Virus record (IMG/VR): IMGVR_UViG_3300028837_000933
Location: 32,001 to 96,000 of that record
DNA from: a virus
Direction: 5' to 3' (one strand)
Length of the DNA: 64,000 bases
The notes below the pieces were generated by a model, which saw nothing but the letters and a program-made list of their open reading frames with translations, had not been told where the DNA came from and did not search any database. Below are positions 49,236 through 59,199 of the stretch, piece by piece. The first letter of the stretch is position 1, and each line of letters starts with the position of its first letter. Both the position numbers and the translations under genes were made by a program.

Positions 49236-49583
49236 ATGTACAGCTATTGCGATGTGGAAACCTATTGGGTGCCAGTCGAACATGGTCCAACTCTCCAGCC
49301 AATGGCCGGGATGTTCTTGGCGCCGGACGGCTGGAATGCCCGAACGGTCAAAACGCCGCGACCCCATTGGGGCGGTGAGACGCTGCTGGAATGCACCGAT
49401 TGGGACAAGGCAGCCTTCCGCTTGCCAACGCGGCACATCGGCATCGAAGTCGCGATCAACGTGCGCATCACGGGCCACCGCGTCCACGTGTGGGACGGTC
49501 GCCATTGGGTGAGGACACGGATCACGTGGGTCGGGGACTGCGAGCCGGACAGCTATAGCGGCGGCTGGCTTTGCATCCGCTAG
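49236..49583 (+). CDS. Cassette ORF: hypothetical protein
   Basis: ATG after the repeat SD. Confidence 0.7.
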   Translation: MYSYCDVETYWVPVEHGPTLQPMAGMFLAPDGWNARTVKTPRPHWGGETLLECTDWDKAAFRLPTRHIGIEVAINVRITGHRVHVWDGRHWVRTRITWVGDCEPDSYSGGWLCIR

Positions 49584-49707
49584 AACACAACAACCGAATA
49601 CTCGCGAGAGACCCGAATTGGGACGGCGTGGCCTTATTCCACGTGGTCCCTTTTCGGGTGCCGGCGCCCCTGGTTCGGGCGTCGAGTACAGAGAGGGAGG
49701 GCATATC

Positions 49708-49938
49708 ATGGCAGCAGTATCGTACATGGCGCGTTTTCACTCGGGGCGTTTGCTCCGGCTGGTCGGCAAGCTGGTCATGGTCCAGCTGGCATACGGTGTG
49801 GCCGAGGGCACGCTGTCGGTTGACGGCGAGCTGGCCAATTGCGTTTACACCGTGACCGGATCTGGCACGCATCTGGAGTTCCGCGTGGAGAAGGTGCGGG
49901 ACGTGGAGTACAGCGAGCGCCTGGTGGTGCTCGTCTAG
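49708..49938 (+). CDS. Cassette ORF: hypothetical protein
   Basis: ATG after the repeat SD. Confidence 0.7.
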   Translation: MAAVSYMARFHSGRLLRLVGKLVMVQLAYGVAEGTLSVDGELANCVYTVTGSGTHLEFRVEKVRDVEYSERLVVLV

Positions 49939-50060
49939 CACAACAACCGAATACTCGCGAGAGACCCGAATTGGGACGGCGTGGCCTTATTCCACGTGGT
50001 CCCTTTTCGGGTGCCGGCGTCCGATCTGCTGACGCCGAGTACAGAGAGGGAGGGCATATC

Positions 50061-50444
50061 ATGGATAGCTTGGAATTGGGTGCCACGGCGGAGTTGCGCG
50101 TGCTGGTCAGGGGTTACAAGGGCCAGGACGGGCTCGATGTCCGGAAGTTCTACAATGGCAAGCCAACCAAAAAGGGTGCTTTTCTCTGCATCCCTGGACA
50201 GGCGGAGTTCGCCGTCAAGGCGCTTGGCCTGGTCCTGGCTGGCGAGAGCGCGGAAGAGGCGCTTCCCATCGATCGCGCCGCCAAGGGCACAACCAACCTG
50301 GTCGTGCGGCGCTTCGAGTTCAAGGGGATGGATGGTATCAGCATCCGGAAAGAGGGCGAGCGCTGGGGCAAGGGGATCTGGCTCAAGCTGGCTCAGGCCG
50401 AGTGGGCGTTCGGCGCGATGAAAGCCGCTCTGGCTGGCAAGTAG
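50061..50444 (+). CDS. Cassette ORF: tandem PC4/YdbC-like ssDNA-binding protein
   Basis: Two related halves, YKGQDGLDVRKFY..KPTKKG and FKGMDGISIRK..GKGIWL. Confidence 0.65.
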   Translation: MDSLELGATAELRVLVRGYKGQDGLDVRKFYNGKPTKKGAFLCIPGQAEFAVKALGLVLAGESAEEALPIDRAAKGTTNLVVRRFEFKGMDGISIRKEGERWGKGIWLKLAQAEWAFGAMKAALAGK

Positions 50445-50594
50445 CACGCATCACCACAACCGAATAGCGAGAGACCCGAATTGGGGCGAACCGGGATGTT
50501 CCGGTTGGTCCCTTTTCGGGTGAGAGAGCCAGTCACCCAACCGGGGTTGTCCCGGCTGGCCGCTGGGTCTCATCACAGAGAGGGAGGGATTGCA

Positions 50595-51266
50595 ATGGCG
50601 ATGCACAAGACGGACGAGCTGTATCTGGACGCGCTGCCGCCGTTTCCACACAGCGACGAGGAGTTCTACAAGATGGAGACCACGCGGGACGTTCCGACAT
50701 CGGCGCTGTGGTTCGAGCGCTGTGGTGACCATCTGGACGGTCGCAAGCTGGCAATCTGGCCACGCGAGCGGAGCGCGTGGAACGTGGTCCACAACGTCTT
50801 CTGGATGACGTTCTATCCGGACGGCGCTGTGGTCGGCGGCTATGGCACGCGGATCGAGGGCGTGGATACGCCGTACAACTGGCGCAGTCACATCGAGCAC
50901 CTGGCTCGCCGGAACGGCTACAAGGTGACGGAGCCGGGACGGAACCGGACAATCCGGGTGGACTGGCATCCTGGTGACGTGGTGGCCGTGGTGTTCAAGT
51001 ACATCGAGCGCCGCGAGACGCTGGACCAGTCGGAGTTGAACCGGCTGTACGACTACCGCCAGTTCTGGAACCCGCGGAAGGTGCGCAAGCTGTCGCTGTG
51101 GGTGGGCAGCGCGTGCCCTGGACAGCGCCAAGCTGGGCGCATAGCAACACAACAACCGAATACTCACGAGAGACCCGAATCGGGGCGGCTGGGCTTCATT
51201 CCCAGTGGCCCCTTTTCGGGTGCCGGCGCCCCTGGTTCGGGCGCCGAGTACAGAGAGGGAGAGTGA
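50595..51266 (+). CDS. Cassette ORF: hypothetical protein (apparent C-terminal frameshift; native stop probably 51144)
   Basis: ATG after the repeat SD; reads through the next repeat because of a TGGG duplication at 51099-51106. Confidence 0.6.
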   Translation: MAMHKTDELYLDALPPFPHSDEEFYKMETTRDVPTSALWFERCGDHLDGRKLAIWPRERSAWNVVHNVFWMTFYPDGAVVGGYGTRIEGVDTPYNWRSHIEHLARRNGYKVTEPGRNRTIRVDWHPGDVVAVVFKYIERRETLDQSELNRLYDYRQFWNPRKVRKLSLWVGSACPGQRQAGRIATQQPNTHERPESGRLGFIPSGPFSGAGAPGSGAEYREGE

Positions 51267-51623
51267 ATGATGGACGTCGAGACTACGGTTTGTCGGCTCA
51301 AAGCAACGCTGGTATCCAGCGAGGGTGAGAATCTCAGCGTCAAGGCTCGCGGTGACGGAACGCTGTCGGTGACAGAGCTTGACACCAACAACGCGTTCAC
51401 CACAACGCGGACGCTGGTCGGCGTGATCGTCTACGCGGCGGGCCGGAGCGTGATACACCGGGCTTCCGCGCTGGACACGCTCCGCGGACTGCGTGGCGAC
51501 AAGGCGGTCAAGCTGGTGGACGATGGCGAGGGCGCGTTGATTGGCTGGGAGTGCTCCGGCTGTCCCCATGGTGAGCACTGGCACGATGTGAGCGTGGTGC
51601 CAGCCGACATCACAACCGAATAG
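51267..51623 (+). CDS. Cassette ORF: hypothetical protein
   Basis: ATG after the repeat SD; CxxC near the C-terminus. Confidence 0.65.
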   Translation: MMDVETTVCRLKATLVSSEGENLSVKARGDGTLSVTELDTNNAFTTTRTLVGVIVYAAGRSVIHRASALDTLRGLRGDKAVKLVDDGEGALIGWECSGCPHGEHWHDVSVVPADITTE

Positions 51624-51725
51624 CGAGAGACCCGAAACGGGGCGGTTGGCCGATGGTGGCCGCGGTCCCTTTTCGGGTGCCGGCGCCTGGGGCTTAGGCG
51701 CTGGACAACAGAGAGGGAGGGTATC

Positions 51726-52106
51726 ATGCCGCACGGAATCAGTGGACTGTGTTTCGAGTTGGAAGTTGGCATATTCCGGCGAGCGTTGCTGGCCAACGTG
51801 TCGCGGAGCGTGTCGATCCTGGCTACGCACATCGGCAAGGCGCCAGTGATAATCCGGGACCTGGACTACAATCCGGGGATCGTGACGGAGCGCCGGATCG
51901 AGCGCAGCCAGATCGTGCTGTCGGTTGGTCGCATGGCTCTGGACAGCAGCAAGCTGCTGGGGTTCCTGGCCGGGATGGCCAACAGCGCACGCGTCCAGGT
52001 GGCCTACAACGCGGACAGCGAGCCGTGCATCACCGGGCTGTGCTGGGGCCAAAAGCGATGGCACACAATAGCCGACCTGGAGCCGTTCCAGTCGCCCGCC
52101 AGCTAG
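51726..52106 (+). CDS. Cassette ORF: single sliding-clamp-like domain
   Basis: FELEVGIFRRAL...GRMALDSSKLLGFL...VQVAYNADSEP resembles a DnaN domain pattern. Confidence 0.4.
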   Translation: MPHGISGLCFELEVGIFRRALLANVSRSVSILATHIGKAPVIIRDLDYNPGIVTERRIERSQIVLSVGRMALDSSKLLGFLAGMANSARVQVAYNADSEPCITGLCWGQKRWHTIADLEPFQSPAS

Positions 52107-52228
52107 ACTGGCGCACAACCGAATAGCGAGAGACCCGAATGGGGGCGAGCCGGGACGGTCCGGTTGGTCCCTTTTCGGGTGCCAGCGGCTTAGGGTTAGC
52201 CGTTGAGTACAGAGAGGGAGGGAGTAAC

Positions 52229-52552
52229 GTGAATCTCAGCATGGATACGGTATTGGACATCTGCAAGCGGTATGGCAAGCTGGGTTCGGCTGGTCAGGAC
52301 GTGCTGGAGTCGGCGTTGAACCGGGACCTGGGGTACGAGAACACAACGCCGTCCTTGGTGGAAGAGGCGCGGTCGTTCCTGGAGCTTCTGGCTGTCGAGT
52401 TCCCAGCTGAGGCTGGGGTGGCTTGTGAGGCTGAGTCCACAGCCGAGTACTGCGCCGAGTATCTGGCCAACGAACCGGAAGACGGCGAGGAGTGGGGCGA
52501 GTTGGAATGGACGGAATGGGGATTGGGCTGGAGTGGCGCGAGAGGCGGATAG
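52229..52552 (+). CDS. Cassette ORF: acidic hypothetical protein
   Basis: GTG after the repeat SD; Glu-rich. Confidence 0.65.
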   Translation: MNLSMDTVLDICKRYGKLGSAGQDVLESALNRDLGYENTTPSLVEEARSFLELLAVEFPAEAGVACEAESTAEYCAEYLANEPEDGEEWGELEWTEWGLGWSGARGG

Positions 52553-52697
52553 GACTGTTCATCCCTACCGTTCCCAACGGAATCACAACCGAATAGCGAG
52601 AGACCCGAAACGGGGCGGTTGGCCAACGGTGGCCAGCGGTCCCTTTTCGGGTGCCGGCGTCCGATCTGCTGACGCCGAGTACAGAGAGGGAGAGTGA

Positions 52698-53393
52698 ATG
52701 ATGGAGAGCAAGAGGGAAGTAGTTCACCTGGCCCTGATGGAAACCACGTGGCCGGACGCGCCGCACATCGGGAGGTGGTCGTACACGCTTGGCGACTATG
52801 CCGGGGAGTGCAGCCAGTTGTACCCGACAGCTGACGCGTGCGATGCCGCCCTGGAAGAGCTGATGCCGAAAGCTCGCTGGGACAGGCGGGTTGTCGTCTG
52901 CTGCAAGGTCCACCACGAGAGTGCAGATGTGGACGTGGTGACCGACTACAGCATCGCGGACGGCGAGGTCATCGGCGTACACCGAGTGGAGCCAGGCGGC
53001 TGGCTGCGCAAGGTGCAGCAGCTGCTGGAGTCGGCGGTCAACGCCGACCTGGCCGAAACGGAAGTCCGTCGACAGATGCTGCAAAGCGCCCGGTGGCCAC
53101 GGGCGGCGACCATCGCAAAGTTCTTGTACACCACAGACGGCGAGCAGGCGCTGTGGTTCGCCAACGCCGACCGCACACGGTTCGCGAGCGCCTCGCCGCA
53201 CCACGCGCACAACGTGATGGGGCGGGCCGTCACCACGTGGCACGAGAACGGAGACGTTGACACGCACGTCTGGATGCCCAAACCGTCGCTACAGTTCTGG
53301 GTGACGGGGATGGTGCTGTTCGTCAAGGTCAACTACGATCTCGATCCGGTGAGCCGGGAAGAGGTCATGGCCTGCATCACAGCGCCGGAATAG
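52698..53393 (+). CDS. Cassette ORF: hypothetical protein
   Basis: ATG after the repeat SD. Confidence 0.7.
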   Translation: MMESKREVVHLALMETTWPDAPHIGRWSYTLGDYAGECSQLYPTADACDAALEELMPKARWDRRVVVCCKVHHESADVDVVTDYSIADGEVIGVHRVEPGGWLRKVQQLLESAVNADLAETEVRRQMLQSARWPRAATIAKFLYTTDGEQALWFANADRTRFASASPHHAHNVMGRAVTTWHENGDVDTHVWMPKPSLQFWVTGMVLFVKVNYDLDPVSREEVMACITAPE

Positions 53394-53515
53394 GCGCCAG
53401 TACAACCGAATACAGAGAGACCCGAAACGGGACGGTTGGCCTATGGTGGTCGCGGTCCCTTTTCGGGTGCCAGCGCCAGCGGCTTAGGCGCTGAGTAACA
53501 GAGAGGGAGGGCAGT

Positions 53516-53815
53516 ATGACGGAATACGAGAAGGCGGTCGAGCGCACGGAGCTTGCGATGTTCGAGCTGGGCGTGGACGCGGGGTTCAATGAGCACGCGT
53601 TCTGCATCGGGCGCGATCAGGGCGACACCGAGATCAAGCTGTGGAGCGTCTACACTCCGCTGGCTGGCGGCGGCAAGCGGCGCATCACAACGGTCATGGG
53701 GCGCACGGAGCTTGAGGCTCAGGACAGAGCGTGGGACACGTTGAACCGGCCGGGGCGCGTGGCAATCGCGCTCGAGTGGCGCGACATGGGTTGTCGCGTA
53801 GAACCGAAAGAGTAA
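53516..53815 (+). CDS. Cassette ORF: hypothetical protein
   Basis: ATG after the repeat SD. Confidence 0.7.
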   Translation: MTEYEKAVERTELAMFELGVDAGFNEHAFCIGRDQGDTEIKLWSVYTPLAGGGKRRITTVMGRTELEAQDRAWDTLNRPGRVAIALEWRDMGCRVEPKE

Positions 53816-53917
53816 CACGAGAGATCCGAATCGGGACGGTGGCCAATGGCCGCGGTCCCTTTTCGGGTGCCGGCGCCTGGGGCTTAGGCGCTGGACAACA
53901 GAGAGGGAGGGTGTATC

Positions 53918-54148
53918 ATGGCCGGAAACGGCAAGCCAAGTCTCCGCTATAATCGGGGGCGCCGCGTGCTTCTGGACGCACGCTCAGCGCACTTTCAGCG
54001 GACGGGGCACAAGCGCATCCACGTGGGCTTGAACTACATCGAGTGCGAGGTCTGCAAGGCACACGCGCACCTGGATCGGTTCGCCCGGCAGCTGCTACAG
54101 CATGGCCGAGTGGGGCCGCTGTACCAGATTCAGCCAGCCGAGTTCTAG
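53918..54148 (+). CDS. Cassette ORF: small basic protein with H/CxxC motif
   Basis: ATG after the repeat SD. Confidence 0.65.
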   Translation: MAGNGKPSLRYNRGRRVLLDARSAHFQRTGHKRIHVGLNYIECEVCKAHAHLDRFARQLLQHGRVGPLYQIQPAEF

Positions 54149-54284
54149 CATCGGCGGCGGGACAGTAGCACAGAGAGACCCGAAACGGGGCGGTTGGGGT
54201 GCCGCAGAGTCATGGTCCCAACGGTCCCTTTTCGGGTGCCGGCGCCTGGGGCTTAGGCGCTGGACAACAGAGAGGGAGGGTATC

Positions 54285-54587
54285 ATGCGGAGAGTGTTCA
54301 AGGTCGCGGAGAAGGACGGCGACGAGATCAACGAGAAGGCGCTCCGGCTGGCCGCCAAGGCGCTCCGGCGTGAGCGTGACGGCGGTGCTCTGCTACGTGT
54401 CGGGCGGGACTACGAGCCGATGGAAGTGGAGCGGATCAACGTTGGCACGGAGTGCCGCGGGCTGATGGGGCGCACGCTGTTCCTGGAAGTCGTCGACGGG
54501 CGCAAGCGCGTACACAAGGTAGCCGCCGAGATGGTTCGGGGCGTCTACGTCTACGGCGGGACACGGACGGTCGAGACAGTCGAGTAG
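54285..54587 (+). CDS. Cassette ORF: hypothetical protein
   Basis: ATG after the repeat SD; the TAG overlaps the next repeat. Confidence 0.7.
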   Translation: MRRVFKVAEKDGDEINEKALRLAAKALRRERDGGALLRVGRDYEPMEVERINVGTECRGLMGRTLFLEVVDGRKRVHKVAAEMVRGVYVYGGTRTVETVE

Positions 54588-54673
54588 AGAGATCCGAAAC
54601 GGGACGGTGGCCAGCGGCTGCGGTCCCTTTTCGGGTGCCGGCGCAACACGCGCCGAGTACAGAGAGGGAGGGA

Positions 54674-55087
54674 ATGATGGAGACGCTACACTTTGCTATC
54701 GTGAGAGTCTCGCACAAGACGGACGGCGCTGTGGAGTGGTGTGCTCTGGTCATGGTGGAGCACACGAGCGCATGGGACCGTCCAGCGCGGTTCGAGTGGC
54801 AGGGGATCTATCCCACGCTGGCCAGCCTGGAGCGTGGACTCGCCAAGGTGTACCCTGGCTCAGAGTTGGGCAAGGGCCGTGGCCTAACGTTCATGGTACA
54901 CGTGACGCGCCACGACACCGACACCACCGACCGCATCCAGCGCTATCTGCTACCGCCGCCCGATGGCCGCGAGGTGGAAGTGCCGAGTCATGGCAACGAT
55001 GCCGAGATCACGATCCAGTCCTGGCTGCTGGACGAGGTCGTCCAGCGGAAGGCGCTGGCCTTCGATGCGGCGCGGAACGCGGAGTAG
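54674..55087 (+). CDS. Cassette ORF: hypothetical protein
   Basis: ATG after the repeat SD. Confidence 0.7.
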   Translation: MMETLHFAIVRVSHKTDGAVEWCALVMVEHTSAWDRPARFEWQGIYPTLASLERGLAKVYPGSELGKGRGLTFMVHVTRHDTDTTDRIQRYLLPPPDGREVEVPSHGNDAEITIQSWLLDEVVQRKALAFDAARNAE

Positions 55088-55187
55088 AGAGAGACCCGAA
55101 ACGGGACGGTTGCCACCGGCAGCGGTCCCTTTTCGGGTGCCAGCGCCAGCGGCTTAGGCGCTGAGTGACAGAGAGGGAGGGAGTATC

Positions 55188-55409
55188 ATGGCTGAGGAGT
55201 TGAAACGGGCGGAGCGGGTGTTGCGGACGAAGCTGGCTCGAATGTACAGAGTCTACGGTGAGGCTGTCATCCGGAAGGTCGCGGCCGTGGAGTTCTTGGG
55301 CGTGGTGGACGGGTTCTACCAGTTCCAAGTGGAGTTCGAGCGAGAGTTGCTTCCCCAGTTCTACGAGGTGCGCTTGTACGCCAAGAGCGCCAGGGTGTAC
55401 AGCGCCTAG
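55188..55409 (+). CDS. Cassette ORF: hypothetical protein
   Basis: ATG after the repeat SD. Confidence 0.7.
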   Translation: MAEELKRAERVLRTKLARMYRVYGEAVIRKVAAVEFLGVVDGFYQFQVEFERELLPQFYEVRLYAKSARVYSA

Positions 55410-55501
55410 AGAGACCCGAGATGGGACGGTGGCCAATGGCCGCGGTCCCTTTTCGGGTGCCGGCGCACTGCGCCGAGTACATCACAGAGAGGGAGGGTAT
55501 C

Positions 55502-56269
55502 ATGGGTAGACGCGAGATGCTCAAGAGGGACGCGGGCGTCCGGTTCCTGTATCTGGTCTCCGAGAAGATTCTGGAGACCTACGAGATCAAGCACTGGCCA
55601 AGCGTCATGCGGAACCGCAAGACCAGTCTACACCGACGCCGGAACGGGACGAGCCAGCTGCTGTTCAGCTGGTCCAACGTCCAGCGGCAGTGGTACTGCG
55701 GAGCCAGGGAGTACAAGACGGTGGCCAGGGCAATGCGCGAGGTCAACGAGCGCTCAGAGCCTGGCTGGCACGCACTCCGGCAGGTCCTGCTCCACGAGTG
55801 CGCCCACGCGCTTCAGTATGAGGTGCCGAACGGGCGGACGCGGGGCAGCATCCACAACGAAGTGTTCATGGCCGAGTACCGTGCTCTGCTGGAACGCTAC
55901 GATCTGGATCGGTGCCTGACGATGGCTGGTCTCACGCTGGACAGCAAGCCGCCGTGGGAAGAGCCGAAAGTGGAAGAGCCAACCACCGCACAGACATCGT
56001 TCATCGCACCCAAACCGCAGACAGAACTGCTCATCGGACGGATCAAGATCAAGGAAAAGGCGCAGTTCTGGTCAGCGAGACAGCAAAAGGACGGCAAGAT
56101 CAACCTGTCGTTCGGCCGCAAGTACTACGCTAAGATGACGTCGACGGAGCGCCAGCTGCTGCTCGAGTACTGCATGGCCACGATGCGGAAGTCGCTATTC
56201 CGCGTGCCGATCCCGCCCGACCTCCGCGGCCAGTACCTGGCGCTGAGGCTGCGAGTGGGCGGCTGGTAG
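55502..56269 (+). CDS. Cassette ORF: SprT-like zinc metalloprotease
   Basis: VLLHECAHALQ...HNEVF (HExxH plus a downstream H). Confidence 0.7.
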   Translation: MGRREMLKRDAGVRFLYLVSEKILETYEIKHWPSVMRNRKTSLHRRRNGTSQLLFSWSNVQRQWYCGAREYKTVARAMREVNERSEPGWHALRQVLLHECAHALQYEVPNGRTRGSIHNEVFMAEYRALLERYDLDRCLTMAGLTLDSKPPWEEPKVEEPTTAQTSFIAPKPQTELLIGRIKIKEKAQFWSARQQKDGKINLSFGRKYYAKMTSTERQLLLEYCMATMRKSLFRVPIPPDLRGQYLALRLRVGGW

Positions 56270-56369
56270 AGAGACCCGAGATGGGACGATGGCCCGGCCT
56301 GGGCTGTGGTCCCTTTTCGGGTGCCAGCGCCAGCGGCTTAGGCGCTGAGTAACAGAGAGGGAGGGCAAT

Positions 56370-56678
56370 ATGGAAACGGCGGACTTGGGGTATGGAACCG
56401 TGCTGGCGCTCAAGCCAACGGGACGGCACGCGGACGTGTTCCAGCAAGTCATCTTGATCAGCGATGGCAGCGCTGTGTTCCCGCGAGGCGAGGAGACGCG
56501 GTTCTTCGGTCTTTTCGTAGACGACTACGAGCAGCCAACGAAGTATGGGTTGGCCAACGTGTACGTCCCGGAAGAGGCGGAAGAGCGTGTCGGTCAAGTC
56601 GAGGAAACGCAGGTGCCGATCATGGTCGTTGATGCCGGCTTTGGCTGGCCTGGACGACTCACACCGAAGGAGGGCTGA
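56370..56678 (+). CDS. Cassette ORF: hypothetical protein
   Basis: ATG after the repeat SD. Confidence 0.7.
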   Translation: METADLGYGTVLALKPTGRHADVFQQVILISDGSAVFPRGEETRFFGLFVDDYEQPTKYGLANVYVPEEAEERVGQVEETQVPIMVVDAGFGWPGRLTPKEG

Positions 56679-56679
56679 G

Positions 56680-56841
56680 ATGGCATTCGATCCGAGATAC
56701 AGACCGCGCCCCGAGAACTGGGGCAAGCTGCACACCGCGCTCAAAGCTGGCGATGAGGCCAAGGCTGAGCGCATCCTCCGCACAATCGAGGCCGAAACCG
56801 AGCTGATGATACGCGAGGCAGAGGCGTACAAGGGCGACTAG
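56680..56841 (+). CDS. Second ORF in cassette (53 aa)
   Basis: AAGGAGG SD; ends at the next repeat. Confidence 0.6.
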   Translation: MAFDPRYRPRPENWGKLHTALKAGDEAKAERILRTIEAETELMIREAEAYKGD

Positions 56842-56930
56842 AGAGATCCGAAACGGGACGGTGGCCAGTGGCCGCGGTCCCTTTTCGGGTGCCGGCGCAA
56901 CACGCGCCGAGTACAGAGAGGGAGGGAGAT

Positions 56931-57341
56931 ATGGTTTTCCATGTGAAGCAGTACGTCTTGATGCGGCTGCTGTCGAATTGCCGCGTCAGGGCGCCGTGGA
57001 TGGACACGATCCGTCTGCACGCCATGCACCCGCAAGACCTACATCTGGTGAGGCTGGATCTGTTCGTGGAGGACGCGGGCGGCAACGTGGATGGTATCGG
57101 CATGATGCACACTATCGAAGAGTGCTACGACACCGTACACGTTGACAGTCCTGGCGCTGTCCTGGTCAGCTTGCACGAGCTGGGCAACGTGGTTCGTCAC
57201 CACGCACCCGACCAGTACGTGACACTGGCGCTGTACGAGAAGGGCGAAGAGCGCGTCATGGTGAGCATCGGCAATGGCCATCCGAAGTATGTGGCCCGCA
57301 TCGATGCGAGCACGCTCCGCACCTTGCCAGATGCGGAGTAG
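56931..57341 (+). CDS. Cassette ORF: single sliding-clamp (DnaN domain I)-like protein
   Basis: MVFHVKQYVLMRLL...PGAVLVSLHELGNVVRH. Confidence 0.5.
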   Translation: MVFHVKQYVLMRLLSNCRVRAPWMDTIRLHAMHPQDLHLVRLDLFVEDAGGNVDGIGMMHTIEECYDTVHVDSPGAVLVSLHELGNVVRHHAPDQYVTLALYEKGEERVMVSIGNGHPKYVARIDASTLRTLPDAE

Positions 57342-57444
57342 TAGGAGAGACCCGAAACGGGACGGTTGCCACCGGCAGCGGTCCCTTTTCGGGTGCCAGC
57401 GCCAGCGGCTTAGGCGCTGAGTAACAGAGAGGGAGGGAACAGTC

Positions 57445-58089
57445 ATGGAGATGAAGTGGAGTCACGAGATGTCCAAGCTGACGCTGGTCATCGAGACGGA
57501 ACAGGGCGCCATCACAGATCCCGATGAAGTGCTACGCGCCGCCGAGGTCATCTTGATGACGGCGGTCAGCCATCTGGAGCCGGACACGGCGCCCGAGATC
57601 GTGCAGCGCGTGATCGATCACGTCACCACCACCAACGATGCCATCGAGAGCGGCGACTGGAGTGGCGAGGCTGGACCAGACGAGTGCGACACGTGCTACA
57701 ATCTGCTGGACAGCCACGATGGGTGTGTGTTCTGCGACCAGGACGAACCCGATCCGCCGCCACGCGAGTACCGCAAGGTCAAGCAAGGCGACACGGTGCG
57801 GTTCGCCCACAAGCTGGGCTACGAGGTGACGGCTGTGGTGGTCGGCAAGCGGTTCTACGCACACGCAGCGGACGCGTCCAGCATCACCGTGTACAGCGCT
57901 GACCACGGCACGCTGTACGGTCTCTCGCTGGGCGCTTACGAGATTCTCGCACAGCCGGACGATGCGACCCGCGAGAAGAAGTTCGTGGAGGCGGACGAGA
58001 ACTACAAGGCGCATCTGAAACAGTACGGGATCTGGGCGGCCAGATTCGAGCAGGAGCCCGACTACCGATTCTTCGAGTGGGAGGGCTAG
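57445..58089 (+). CDS. Cassette ORF: hypothetical protein with CxxC..CxxC zinc ribbon
   Basis: CDTC...CVFC. Confidence 0.7.
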   Translation: MEMKWSHEMSKLTLVIETEQGAITDPDEVLRAAEVILMTAVSHLEPDTAPEIVQRVIDHVTTTNDAIESGDWSGEAGPDECDTCYNLLDSHDGCVFCDQDEPDPPPREYRKVKQGDTVRFAHKLGYEVTAVVVGKRFYAHAADASSITVYSADHGTLYGLSLGAYEILAQPDDATREKKFVEADENYKAHLKQYGIWAARFEQEPDYRFFEWEG

Positions 58090-58188
58090 ACGAGAGACCC
58101 GAGATGGGACGGTTGCCACCGGCAGCGGTCCCTTTTCGGGTGCCAGCGTCCGATCTGCTGACGCTGAGTAACAGAGAGGGAGGGTATC

Positions 58189-58734
58189 ATGGGTAAGAGG
58201 TATCGAACGATCAACCTGGGCTGGGGCGCGGGTGAGCGCCGCTACGTCCGCCATGCGCTGGAGTCGACCGAGACCGGAATGCTCCGGCACCAGTTCAAGG
58301 TGTCAGACGAGGAGTGGGCCGCCAAGGTGAGCCCGACACCCGCCAGCGTGCGCCGCTTGCTTCGCGTGCTGGTCAAGAACGGCTGGAGCATCTGCGCCGA
58401 GGGAATGCTCAAGCCGGAAGTCGCCAAGGGCCGCGTGTGCGGCAACAACGCGCCCCGCTACGTCCACGTTGACTACAACGACTACGATGGCCGCGAGCAG
58501 CTGGTGCCGCCGCGCTGCTACAGCCGGACACCACCGCCCTGCGTCCACGAGGGCGTCCACGTTGACCAGCCCCGCGCCGTGACGGAGTTCGAGAACGTCA
58601 CCCAGGCATCCGTGGGCCGCATCCTGGAGCTTCTGGACGAGGACGATGTGACAGTCTGGGCGGCTGTGGAGCCGTCCGTCACTCGCGTCCAGTTCCTTGG
58701 CTACGTGCCAACGGGCGAGGAAGAGGACGCTTAG
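58189..58734 (+). CDS. Cassette ORF: hypothetical protein with internal duplication
   Basis: KVSPTPASVRRLL and NVTQASVGRIL; a similar ITDASVKRL occurs in 46786..47223. Confidence 0.7.
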   Translation: MGKRYRTINLGWGAGERRYVRHALESTETGMLRHQFKVSDEEWAAKVSPTPASVRRLLRVLVKNGWSICAEGMLKPEVAKGRVCGNNAPRYVHVDYNDYDGREQLVPPRCYSRTPPPCVHEGVHVDQPRAVTEFENVTQASVGRILELLDEDDVTVWAAVEPSVTRVQFLGYVPTGEEEDA

Positions 58735-58821
58735 AGAGACCCGAAACGGGACGGTCAGCCTAGCTGGCGGTCCCTTTTCGGGTGCCGGCGCAACGCGCCG
58801 AGTACAGAGAGGGAGGGAGAT

Positions 58822-59199
58822 ATGCTGTTCACAGTGAGACAGAACTACCTGTTCCGTATGCTGGCGGATGCCCGCCGTACCGTGCCGTTCCTGGAGCGGG
58901 TCACGCTCAGCGCGGAGTACGTTGGCAACGGACGGGCAAAGCTGACGATGACGTTTCTCGATGACGAGATGAGCTTGTCGCACAAGTTCTCGACTGAATG
59001 CACCGTGCGCATCGAAGTGGAGGGTGCGTGCAGCGCGGACGTATCGGAGCTTGCCGACTTTGTCGGCCAGTGCAAGCCGACTGAGCACATCGATGTCAGC
59101 TTGCTAGGCAGCGATGCCGGCGACCGCCAGGTGTTGGTGTCCTCTGGCGGCTACGGGAACGCGATCAAAGGCGAGCGCGTCATGCTGATGCGTGACTGA
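58822..59199 (+). CDS. Cassette ORF: single sliding-clamp (DnaN domain I)-like protein
   Basis: MLFTVRQNYL...PFLERVTL...LTMTFLDDEMSL...EGACSADVSELADFV...VLVSSG. Confidence 0.6.
   Translation: MLFTVRQNYLFRMLADARRTVPFLERVTLSAEYVGNGRAKLTMTFLDDEMSLSHKFSTECTVRIEVEGACSADVSELADFVGQCKPTEHIDVSLLGSDAGDRQVLVSSGGYGNAIKGERVMLMRD

Noticed and set aside
50451-53267. Long minus-strand ORFs (555 aa and 343 aa) across cassettes
   Set aside because: Antisense shadows that cross repeat elements; the plus-strand ORFs carry the SD sites.
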